Positions 56,221-64,000 of a stretch of 64,000 bases of DNA are shown in pieces. The DNA is taken from assembly GCA_040220235.1 (NCBI GenBank), contig JAVJTO010000118.1. One strand, 5' to 3'. Positions within the stretch are counted from its first letter, which is position 1; every line of letters begins with the position of its first letter. The notes under the pieces were generated by a model, which saw only the letters and a list, made by a program, of their open reading frames with translations, was not told the origin of the DNA and made no database searches. This DNA comes from Coleofasciculus sp. B1-GNL1-01 (GTDB lineage: Bacteria > Cyanobacteriota > Cyanobacteriia > Cyanobacteriales > Coleofasciculaceae). The translations under genes and the position numbers were made by a program.

Positions 56221-57549
56221 ATGAGAATTCTGATTTATTCCTACAACTATTTTCCCGAACCCATTGGCATTGCCCCACTGATGACCGAACTCGCTGAGGG
56301 GTTAGTGAAACGAGGACATCAGGTTCGGGTGGTTACGGGTATGCCTTGGTATCCTCAAAAAGAAGTCTATAAAGACTACCAAGGCAAATTATACTGTACC
56401 GAAGTTATCAACGGTGTAGCGATTCAACGCAGTTATGTCTGGATTCGCCCTGAACCCAGTTTAATCGACCGATTATTATTGGAAGTTAGCTTTGTGGTGA
56501 CGAGTTTTGTCCATGCTCTAAAGGGTAAGCGCCCCGACATCATTTTCTTGACAGCACCACCACTACCTGTTGCCGTACCCGCAGCACTCCTAGGATGGTT
56601 ACACCGGGTTCCAGTGGTTCTAAATCTTCAGGATATTTTACCAGATGCTGCCGTACACCTGGAAATTCTGACCAATCCCAAGCTGATTCGCATCTTTTCC
56701 ATTTTGGAAAAATTTGCCTACCGGACAGCGACCAAAATTAGTGTTATTGCTGATGGGTTTATTAAAAATTTGCAGAATAAGGGAGTTAGTGAAAGCAAAA
56801 TTGAGCTGATTCCGAATTGGGTGAATGTTGATTTCATCAAACCTTTACCTAAAGAACCAAATGCATTCCGTCAAGAGCATGGACTCAACGGCAAGTTTGT
56901 GGTCATGTACTCGGGGAATATAGCGCTGAGTCAAGGCATAGAAACCGTTATCCAGGCTTCGATTCGCCTGCGCCACGTTCCCGAAATTGCCATTGTCATT
57001 GTGGGAGAAGAAAAAGCGTTAGAACGATTGCAGAAAGAAGAAGCGAAGGCGCTGGTAGAATGGCAAATTGAGATCCAAAAGAAAGCGCGATCGCTGGTGA
57101 AAGCCGAAGCTAAAGCCTTGCAACAATTACAGCTATACAAACAAACCTGTAAAGCTACCAATGTTCTCCTCCTACCGTTTCAACCTCGGGAAAAACTCCC
57201 GGAAATGCTAGCCGCCGCCGATGTGGGCTTGGTTTTGCAAAAGCATAATGTTATTGACTTTAATATGCCCTCAAAAATTCCAGTTTTGATGGCAAGCGGT
57301 CGTGCCATCATCGCCTCGGTGCCAGCCGAAGGTACAGCCGCTAGTGCCATTCAAAGAAGTGGCGGTGGTATTATTGTCAAACCCGAAAATCCCAAAAATT
57401 TAGCCGCCGAAATTCTGGATCTCTATCTCCATCCGGAAAAAGTCAAAGCTTTGGGTGAGAAAGGCAGAAAGTATGCCGAAGAAAATTATGCGTTTGACCG
57501 AGCGCTTGATCGCTATGAACAACTCTTTGCTTCCCTTCAGAAGCGTTGA
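56221..57549 (+). CDS. GT4 glycosyltransferase (WcaI-like)
   Basis: YNYFPEPIG, MYSGNIALSQG, MPSKI. Confidence 0.9.
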   Translation: MRILIYSYNYFPEPIGIAPLMTELAEGLVKRGHQVRVVTGMPWYPQKEVYKDYQGKLYCTEVINGVAIQRSYVWIRPEPSLIDRLLLEVSFVVTSFVHALKGKRPDIIFLTAPPLPVAVPAALLGWLHRVPVVLNLQDILPDAAVHLEILTNPKLIRIFSILEKFAYRTATKISVIADGFIKNLQNKGVSESKIELIPNWVNVDFIKPLPKEPNAFRQEHGLNGKFVVMYSGNIALSQGIETVIQASIRLRHVPEIAIVIVGEEKALERLQKEEAKALVEWQIEIQKKARSLVKAEAKALQQLQLYKQTCKATNVLLLPFQPREKLPEMLAAADVGLVLQKHNVIDFNMPSKIPVLMASGRAIIASVPAEGTAASAIQRSGGGIIVKPENPKNLAAEILDLYLHPEKVKALGEKGRKYAEENYAFDRALDRYEQLFASLQKR

Positions 57550-57613
57550 GATAAAATGGATTCAATACCTATAGTATAGAGTCAATCTTAGCCTTGAGGA
57601 GTTTTGTGACCGA

Positions 57614-58201
57614 ATGCGGGATCAGGTTTTAACCTGGCTAAACGATAATGTTCCGACAGCCCGGATGCAACACATCCTGAGGGTTGAGCAGATGTCTGTG
57701 GAATTAGCTCGACATTATCATTTAAATGTGGAGCAAGCCGCTCAAGCCGGATTGATGCATGATCTGGCTAAATACTTTAAGCCAGAGCGACTCTTGCGAA
57801 TGGCTAAGGAGGGAGGTATCGATATAGATCCAATCTGTGCGGCGACTCCCCATCTGTTACATGCTGATGTCAGTGCTATCGTGGCTAAAGAGCAGTTCGC
57901 TATCCAAGAGGACGCTGTACTCAATGCGATCGCGCTGCACACGTTAGGAAATCCAGGAATGAGTGAGATGAGCTGCGTTGTGTTTTTAGCCGATAGTCTA
58001 GAACCAGGTCGTGGTGATACACCGGAGTTGGAGAATTTGCGTAAAATTGCTCGCGTTGATCTGCACAAAGCCGTTTGGCTAACCTGTGACTACTGTGTCA
58101 AGCACCTGCTCAATACTCGTCGCCTGATTCACCCCCGCATGATCTTAACTCGGAACTGGGCAGTGCAACGCTTTAGCCAAAAACCAGAATTGACTCAGTA
58201 G
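57614..58201 (+). CDS. yqeK: HD-domain Ap4A hydrolase YqeK
   Basis: R..H, MHDLAK, LLHA, HTLG, FLADSLEPGR; adjacent to rsfS. Confidence 0.88.
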   Translation: MRDQVLTWLNDNVPTARMQHILRVEQMSVELARHYHLNVEQAAQAGLMHDLAKYFKPERLLRMAKEGGIDIDPICAATPHLLHADVSAIVAKEQFAIQEDAVLNAIALHTLGNPGMSEMSCVVFLADSLEPGRGDTPELENLRKIARVDLHKAVWLTCDYCVKHLLNTRRLIHPRMILTRNWAVQRFSQKPELTQ

Positions 58202-58281
58202 GTCAATGGACATAAACCGAAAAATGTTACGTTTTATAAAAAAATATCAAACTCTAACAAATGACAAATGACAAAGGACAA

Positions 58282-58698
58282 ATGACAAAAGACCAATTTC
58301 AACGCTCATCTACCTTATTTGTCAATGAAAACCAAGACCAAAAATCTAGACCCGATCTGGCATTAACCATTGCCCAAGCTGCCGATGATCGCAAAGGTGA
58401 AAATATCGTCATCCTGCGCGTGGCAGATGTTTCCTATATTGCTGATTATTTTGTGATTGTAACAGGCTTTTCGCGGGTACAGGTGAGGGCGATTTCTCAG
58501 TCGATTGAAGATCAAGTGGAAACGACTTGGCAACGGCGTCCTCTACGAACCGAAGGACAAGCTGATGGAAGCTGGCTGCTTCAGGATTACGGTGAAGTGA
58601 TTGTTCACATTATGCTGCCTCATGAACGGGAGTTCTATAATCTAGAAGCATTTTGGGGTCACGCCGAACATGTTGAATTCAATTCGCAACAATCCTAA
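58282..58698 (+). CDS. rsfS: Ribosome silencing factor (Iojap)
   Basis: [31 protein letters not shown]. Start uncertain because of heptamer repeats. Confidence 0.92.
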   Translation: MTKDQFQRSSTLFVNENQDQKSRPDLALTIAQAADDRKGENIVILRVADVSYIADYFVIVTGFSRVQVRAISQSIEDQVETTWQRRPLRTEGQADGSWLLQDYGEVIVHIMLPHEREFYNLEAFWGHAEHVEFNSQQS

Positions 58699-58712
58699 CC
58701 TGAACAAATACT

Positions 58713-59213
58713 ATGAGGGAATCGTCCGTTTCTTTCTGTCCCGTACCGACAGAACAACAACCGATTCATGAGTACCAACAATTAAAAGACTCTTGGTTTT
58801 TCCGTTGGGCGAAGCTAGAATTGAGAAATTATGGACTCAAGCTGGCTTGGGTTTGGGGCTTAAGCTGGTTAATAGCCGGTCCAGTCGCCGCCGCTAGTTT
58901 TGCGCCGCACCAGCATCTGGTACAGTTTATTTTGGCAGGTGGCGCAGGTGCTGGCGTGTTTTTGATATTGGTGTTACTGCGACTGTACTTAGGTTGGTCT
59001 TACGTGTGCGATCGCTTATCTCAGGAAACCATCGGCTATGAAGAGTCCGGCTGGTATGATGGTCAAACCTGGACGAAGCCGCCAGAAGTCCTGAGTCGCG
59101 ATCGCCTGATCGTCTCCTATCAAGTTCAGCCCATTCTGCAACGTCTGCAACGAACATTGGGCATTATCGCTATTCTGATTATAAGTGGCAGCTTGCTATG
59201 GAATCTTTCTTGA
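58713..59213 (+). CDS. ycf36: CGLD27/Ycf36 (DUF1230) membrane protein
   Basis: CPVPTEQQP, RLYLGWSYV, YEESGWYDGQ. Confidence 0.85.
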   Translation: MRESSVSFCPVPTEQQPIHEYQQLKDSWFFRWAKLELRNYGLKLAWVWGLSWLIAGPVAAASFAPHQHLVQFILAGGAGAGVFLILVLLRLYLGWSYVCDRLSQETIGYEESGWYDGQTWTKPPEVLSRDRLIVSYQVQPILQRLQRTLGIIAILIISGSLLWNLS

Positions 59214-59346
59214 TAATTTATGGTTGGGTTTTTCCTCAAAACGATTAAGTTGGTTGGTGGAAATAAACCCAACACTATTAATTTCTGTCAATATTCCCTA
59301 AACTCTTACAAATGACCAATGACCAATGACCAATGACGAATAACGA

Positions 59347-60303
59347 ATGACAAGGGTAAAACGTAATCAAGCACCAGCGATCGAAGTCCGTTTACTCCGG
59401 GAAGGCATAGCCGAATCCGTCCACCACGCTCAAGCTGTCCTCTGTGACGAGCGAGGGCGTGTCCTATCTGTAGCGGGCAATTCAGAAACATCAACCTTTA
59501 TTCGTTCGGCACTCAAACCGTTTCAGGCTCTGGCAGTTACCACAACGGGAACCCTGGAACGATATAATCTTAACGACCGGGATTTGGCAATTATTTGTAG
59601 TTCCCACCAAGGTCATCTGGAACAGGTTCGTCAGGTTTTTAAGATTCTTTGGCGCTGCGATGTTGACCCATCAGCCTTGCAATGTCCTATTCCTCCGGGC
59701 AAGCAAAGTGCCTTAGAATACAACTGCTCTGGCAAACATGCAGGTATGCTTGCTGTCTGTCGCCAACGCAATTGGTCTATTGATAGTTATTTACAGTACA
59801 ATCACCCCGTTCAACGACTCGTTTTGAGCAAAGTCGCGGAATTGATGCGGATGCCACCAGAAGAGTTGATTTTGGCACACGATGACTGTGGCGCACCGAC
59901 GTATTTTTTGCAACTCGCTCAAATCGCCACCCTCTTTGCTCAACTCGCTTCTGGTGACAATTTGGCAATGGAGCGAATTGTTCGGGCAATGACCCATCAT
60001 CCTACCTTAGTGGCAGGAGAAGGGGCATTTGATACGGAATTAATGCGATTGACCCAAGGCGAACTGGTGAGTAAAGCGGGATCAGAAGGGGTTCAATGTA
60101 TCGGTCGTGTGGGTGAAGGACTGGGTATGACAATTAAAGTCATGGATGGAGCCAAACGCGCTAAATATGCGGTAGCGATTCAGCTTTTGAAGCAAATGGG
60201 TTGGATTAGTCCCGCCGTGGCGGAAAGTTTGGCGGAAACCTTTATGCATTTCGGTGAGTTCAAGCGTCTAGAGGTGATTGGCGAACTCTCGATGAGTTTT
60301 TGA
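59347..60303 (+). CDS. L-asparaginase II family protein
   Basis: RSALKPFQA, SSHQG, NCSGKHAGM, SKAGSEG, KVMDG. Confidence 0.88.
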   Translation: MTRVKRNQAPAIEVRLLREGIAESVHHAQAVLCDERGRVLSVAGNSETSTFIRSALKPFQALAVTTTGTLERYNLNDRDLAIICSSHQGHLEQVRQVFKILWRCDVDPSALQCPIPPGKQSALEYNCSGKHAGMLAVCRQRNWSIDSYLQYNHPVQRLVLSKVAELMRMPPEELILAHDDCGAPTYFLQLAQIATLFAQLASGDNLAMERIVRAMTHHPTLVAGEGAFDTELMRLTQGELVSKAGSEGVQCIGRVGEGLGMTIKVMDGAKRAKYAVAIQLLKQMGWISPAVAESLAETFMHFGEFKRLEVIGELSMSF

Positions 60304-60377
60304 ATTTTTAGGGAACAGGGAACAGGGAACAGGGAACAGGCAATAGACTCCTACTCCCTCCACTTTTTTGATCAGAG

Positions 60378-60407
60378 TTGCCACATTTAGAAAATAGGTG
60401 TTATGCT
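60378..60407 (+). promoter_or_regulatory. Sigma70-type promoter of the tRNA
   Basis: TTGCCA-18 nt-TATGCT with a TG extension. Confidence 0.6.
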
Positions 60408-60418
60408 GTTTAAAGCGA

Positions 60419-60495
<77 letters not shown>

Positions 60496-60506
60496 AATAT
60501 AAAGGT

Positions 60507-60539
60507 AAGCCCTGTAAACCGTTGAGTTTACGGGGCTTT
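60507..60539 (+). terminator. Hairpin after the tRNA
   Basis: AAGCCCTGTAAAC...GTTTACGGGGCTTT. Confidence 0.6.
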
Positions 60540-60722
60540 GTGTAGGGCTTGCTGCATGAGTGTAGATGGCATACCACACAAGGGTTTTAATCCATTTTTT
60601 GACCCAACAAGTGCTTTCGTTTTGATGCCTAAACGGTCAAAAACCTTGCAATGCAAGCCTAAAAGCAGCATCTTCCCCATCTTCCCCATCTTCCCCGCAC
60701 CTCACCACTTATTCAGCAGCCC

Positions 60723-61697
60723 CTAAGGAGCGATCGCGGGAGTTATGCCCACAGTCTCTTGAACTGTTGTATGACAGGTCGGCATAAGTTCCAGCACCAT
60801 GTTATAAAAGGCGCGAATCGGCGGGATTTGCAGTCGATCTTGTGTCGTGACTAACACCACTTGCCGGGTCAAGGTTTGTTTCGGGGGTGATCCATTTTCA
60901 GTAGCAGCAGCGGCAATCGAACGCACAGCCAGAGTCGGATCACCTAGGGCTTCTACCAAGGCAGATCGGGGTAACAGCGAAATTAAATGTCCCTGACGCA
61001 CAACTCCCCGAAAAGCATCCAGGGAATTTAATTCTAAGCTAGCGTTAAGGGTGCCACTTTGCCGGGAGAACAAGTCTTGTACCAATCGCTGCATTCCATA
61101 GCCATCTTTAAATATCACATGGGGATAGCACGTTAGGGCATCCAAAGGCACGAGGGTATATTTTGTTAATGGATGATCGGCTGCCATTAAGACTTCGATG
61201 GGTTCGTCATACAATTGCTCCGTCACCATTTCGGCGCTAGCGGTTAAATAGCGGTTATTCATGACAATCGCTAAATCAACCAAACCATCTTTCAAGACTT
61301 TCAGGGCGCGATCGCTCCCTAATGCCGTCACCCGCAGTTGCACGTTGGGATAATCCTGACAAAAACGCTGTAAAACAGGGGGCAAATAATGGGCGCAGAC
61401 GGAGTGAATCGCGGCGACACAGAGTTCAGGTTGTTTTCCCTCTAACAACTCAGCTAATTCTTGGGTAGCTGTTTTCCATTCATTGCAGATTTTACGGGCG
61501 CGAAATAAAAAGCGATCGCCTCCTAAGGTTAATGTCGCCCGAGCCGTTCGATGGAGCAAGGGTAACCCCAGTTCAGCTTCCAACGCTTGAATTTGGCGGC
61601 TAATTGTCGATTGGGTAACACCGCATTCACGGGCGGCTTGTTGAAAGCTGCCTGTCTCAGCAACGGCTAAAAAAGCTTGTAACTGCTCTAGACGCAT
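60723..61697 (-). CDS. ntcB: LysR-family regulator, probably NtcB
   Basis: MRLEQLQAFL...TQSTISRQIQ HTH; LGSDRALKVLKDGLVD, FKDGYGMQRLV and TTQDRLQIPPI recalled as NtcB-like; NtcA promoter upstream. Confidence 0.75.
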   Translation of the reverse strand: MRLEQLQAFLAVAETGSFQQAARECGVTQSTISRQIQALEAELGLPLLHRTARATLTLGGDRFLFRARKICNEWKTATQELAELLEGKQPELCVAAIHSVCAHYLPPVLQRFCQDYPNVQLRVTALGSDRALKVLKDGLVDLAIVMNNRYLTASAEMVTEQLYDEPIEVLMAADHPLTKYTLVPLDALTCYPHVIFKDGYGMQRLVQDLFSRQSGTLNASLELNSLDAFRGVVRQGHLISLLPRSALVEALGDPTLAVRSIAAAATENGSPPKQTLTRQVVLVTTQDRLQIPPIRAFYNMVLELMPTCHTTVQETVGITPAIAP

Positions 61698-61730
61698 GAT
61701 GGTGTAGCGGAGATATATTAACGTGAGATT

Positions 61731-61772
61731 AGCTTAATCGATATCTCACCTCAACTTAGTAATACTTGATAC
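61731..61772 (-). promoter_or_regulatory. Canonical NtcA-activated promoter
   Basis: Minus strand GTA-TCAAGTAT-TAC, exactly 22 nt, then TAAGCT. Confidence 0.7.
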
Positions 61773-61824
61773 GGCAGCTTCATCTCCGAACCGTAGGTAA
61801 GGTGGGTATTGCCCACCCTACTGT

Positions 61825-63171
61825 TTAGACGCTATCAGTGACGCTGCTGAAATTAAATGCCTTAACTCGTACCCCTGGCATCACCCGACCCCCGAAACGC
61901 TGTACCGTACTCAGAGCATCAATATCCCGTAACATGTCCGGCAGACTTTGGTTAAATCGCAGGTTTTTAATCGGATAAGCAATTTTCCCATCTTCAATCC
62001 AGAATGTACCATCACGGGTCATTCCTGTCACCTCTAAGGTACGTGGATTGACATAGCGCACATACCAAGCGCGATTAACCAAGATTCCCCGTTCCGTTTG
62101 AGCAATCAAATCGCTCAGGCTTTGCTCAGATCCAGACATAACGATGGGAAACAATGATCCTGTCGGTTCTTTTCCCTGCTGTTGCGCCCAGTAGCGACTA
62201 TAGGATAAGGTTTTAGGCACTCCATCCTGAATAATCTCCAGGTAGTGATTGCTCAATCCATCACTAAAGCAGGTTCCTCTCTGCAACAATGGATGAGCGG
62301 GATGGCGTTGCACTTGTACCAAGGGACTAAATAGGGGTTCGCCAAGGCGATTCCCCGCAGGTTGACCTGTGTCATCGGTGCGAGACATAAATGATCGCCC
62401 TTCATCGGCGGATCGGGCATTTAAATTGAAGATCACCCAGGGGAGTAAATCCGCAAACGCCGGATTATTAAAGATGACAGGGTAAACACCCGGTTGAATT
62501 TCACGGGGATTACGGGCGGCAAACGCCCGCTCAATCAGGGGTTCAATCAGGGAATCTAGGGGTAACTGAGCAATAGCAAACGCTGTGCGCTGACTCCAAC
62601 TCGATCCATTCTCAATTCGAGCGGTAAAACTCAACTCCGCCTCGGTTCCGCGATCGCAGGCGCGTAATCCCAGGGAATTTCCTACAGCTTGAGCAAAGGC
62701 TTGAGTACTCAATCGTCCAGAACCTTCCACTCCAGCTTTAGCACTCTTAGCACAGATTTGTTGTACCATTTCTCCGCGTGCTAAGGGTGATAACGTGGCT
62801 GTGGCGTCGTCAAAGGCAGGAACACGCGACTCGTAGACTTGGGGTTCAAGCAAGGGCACCCATTCTGGATCTTCGGGTGCAATCCGAGCTAATTCTTCGG
62901 ATCGCTGGATGGTATCGGTAATTGCATCGGGTAAAAATTCTGTGGTGGAAGCTGATGCGCTGCGTTTACCGAAATAACTGGTAACGGTGAGAGTAAATTT
63001 ATGGCGGTTAATATTCTGGCTAATTTGATTTTCTGAGAAGCGGCTGAGAGCAGATTCACTGGAACTAACGCTGACGAACACGCCTTCAGCTTGGGATTGC
63101 TGAATCACCGAATCCACTAGGGATAAGGCTTGGTCTTCGCTTACTAATGTAGAGGCTGTAGCTGGGGTCAC
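61825..63171 (-). CDS. TldD/PmbA family protein (TldE-like, no HExxH)
   Basis: RFSENQISQN, PGVYPVIF, EGRSF, TGMTRDG, PIKNLRFN. Confidence 0.88.
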   Translation of the reverse strand: MTPATASTLVSEDQALSLVDSVIQQSQAEGVFVSVSSSESALSRFSENQISQNINRHKFTLTVTSYFGKRSASASTTEFLPDAITDTIQRSEELARIAPEDPEWVPLLEPQVYESRVPAFDDATATLSPLARGEMVQQICAKSAKAGVEGSGRLSTQAFAQAVGNSLGLRACDRGTEAELSFTARIENGSSWSQRTAFAIAQLPLDSLIEPLIERAFAARNPREIQPGVYPVIFNNPAFADLLPWVIFNLNARSADEGRSFMSRTDDTGQPAGNRLGEPLFSPLVQVQRHPAHPLLQRGTCFSDGLSNHYLEIIQDGVPKTLSYSRYWAQQQGKEPTGSLFPIVMSGSEQSLSDLIAQTERGILVNRAWYVRYVNPRTLEVTGMTRDGTFWIEDGKIAYPIKNLRFNQSLPDMLRDIDALSTVQRFGGRVMPGVRVKAFNFSSVTDSV

Positions 63172-63354
63172 GGCGGTTTACTCCAAGTTAAACGTTCTGC
63201 AAAAGTTAATTCCACTTAGGTTTTGGGGGGCTGGCAGTATGTCCACACTCCACGTAGATGTAGATGACCTAATTGTACAAAATCGTGAGTCAGAGAACAC
63301 ACTTAAGCAATTCAGTGGTAAGATGTAGCCTATCAGAGTTTCTCTTGAGTTAAA

Positions 63355-63894
63355 ATGAAACATTACATGAAAACCATCTTTCACAGGTTAGGTCGCAAAA
63401 TATATAAAACACAAACTAGATACTTACCAGTCGGTCTGGATTTGGTAGCCGATATCAATAAAATATATCCAAATTTAGGGCAAATCAAGACGATTTTTGA
63501 TGTTGGAGCTAATATTGGTCAGACAGCACGCCATTTTTACAAGAGTTTTCCTAATGCAAATATCCTGTCATTTGAACCTATTAAAGAAACTTTTGACGAG
63601 TTACATTATAATACAGAAAAATTAAATAGAGTTAGCTGCTTCAACCACGCCCTTGGTAATATTAATGAATCTAGAAAAATTTATCTCAAAGAAAAATCTA
63701 ATTTGAATTCATTGGTAGAAGATATTATGCCGATATCAGAAAATTATGATATTGTAAATGTAAAAACTATTGATGAGTTTTGCGAGAATAATGACATTGA
63801 AAATATAGATATACTAAAAACAGATACAGAAGGTTGGGATCTTAATGTTATTCAAGGAGCTATAGCAGCCCTAAATAGGTCGCAACAGATATAA
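63355..63894 (+). pseudogene. FkbM family methyltransferase, C-terminally truncated by an insertion
   Basis: IFDVGANIG, FEP and LKTDTEG motifs. The ORF ends shortly after, at a TATAGCAG IS-type end; visibly AT-rich. Confidence 0.7.
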
Positions 63895-64000
63895 TAGTAA
63901 TAATACATCCCTAGGAAAAGGACACAAAATGAACATTATAGATGAATTAGCTAATTTTATCAATCAGACAAAAGAGTCCAAAGAAATTAAGAGGGCTTTG
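63861..64000 (+). mobile_element. Left end of a probable IS630-family element; transposase ORF starts at 63929 and runs off the window
   Basis: TA-flanked end TATAGCAGCCCTAAAT; AAGGA RBS; MNIIDELANFINQTKESKEIKRAL resembles N-termini of cyanobacterial IS630 transposases (from memory). Confidence 0.6.

Noticed and set aside
60496..60720. Integrative element or prophage at tRNA-fMet
   Set aside because: No integrase, and no duplicated tRNA 3' end found in the window.

Overview
A 64-kb chromosomal window from a cyanobacterium, probably a large-genome filamentous type. Evidence: dense HIP1 octamers (GCGATCGC), 7-nt tandem repeats (STRRs), GTAG-palindrome repeats, NtcA boxes and typical cyanobacterial gene families. 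Gene content, in order: the end of a CHAT-domain gene, a type II NADH dehydrogenase, an O-methyltransferase, four PAS/receiver histidine kinases and an SLH protein. Next is an exopolysaccharide region (four large polytopic GT-C-like membrane proteins, a UDP-glucuronate epimerase, wzc, wza), then an Rpn-family nuclease, sfsA, pepP and an ABC ATPase with three paralogous permeases. A Ras/Rab-like GTPase, a PAS-GAF adenylate cyclase and a PAS-only paralog form a co-oriented cluster. The rest holds SRP RNA, queE, a STAS-sugar transferase fusion with an anti-sigma kinase and a GT4, yqeK-rsfS-ycf36-asparaginase, initiator tRNA-Met, ntcB, a tldE-like gene, and an FkbM gene apparently cut by an IS630-like element at the right edge. 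Intergenic DNA is rich in miniature mobile elements: two MITEs with clear target duplications, a 4 x 175-bp REP-containing tandem array, and repeats inserted in-frame into kinase genes. The best novelty candidates are the GTPase/cyclase/decoy cluster, the GT-C-like paralog array, the STAS-priming-transferase module and the repeat dynamics. All family calls come from motif recognition by eye; no database search was run.
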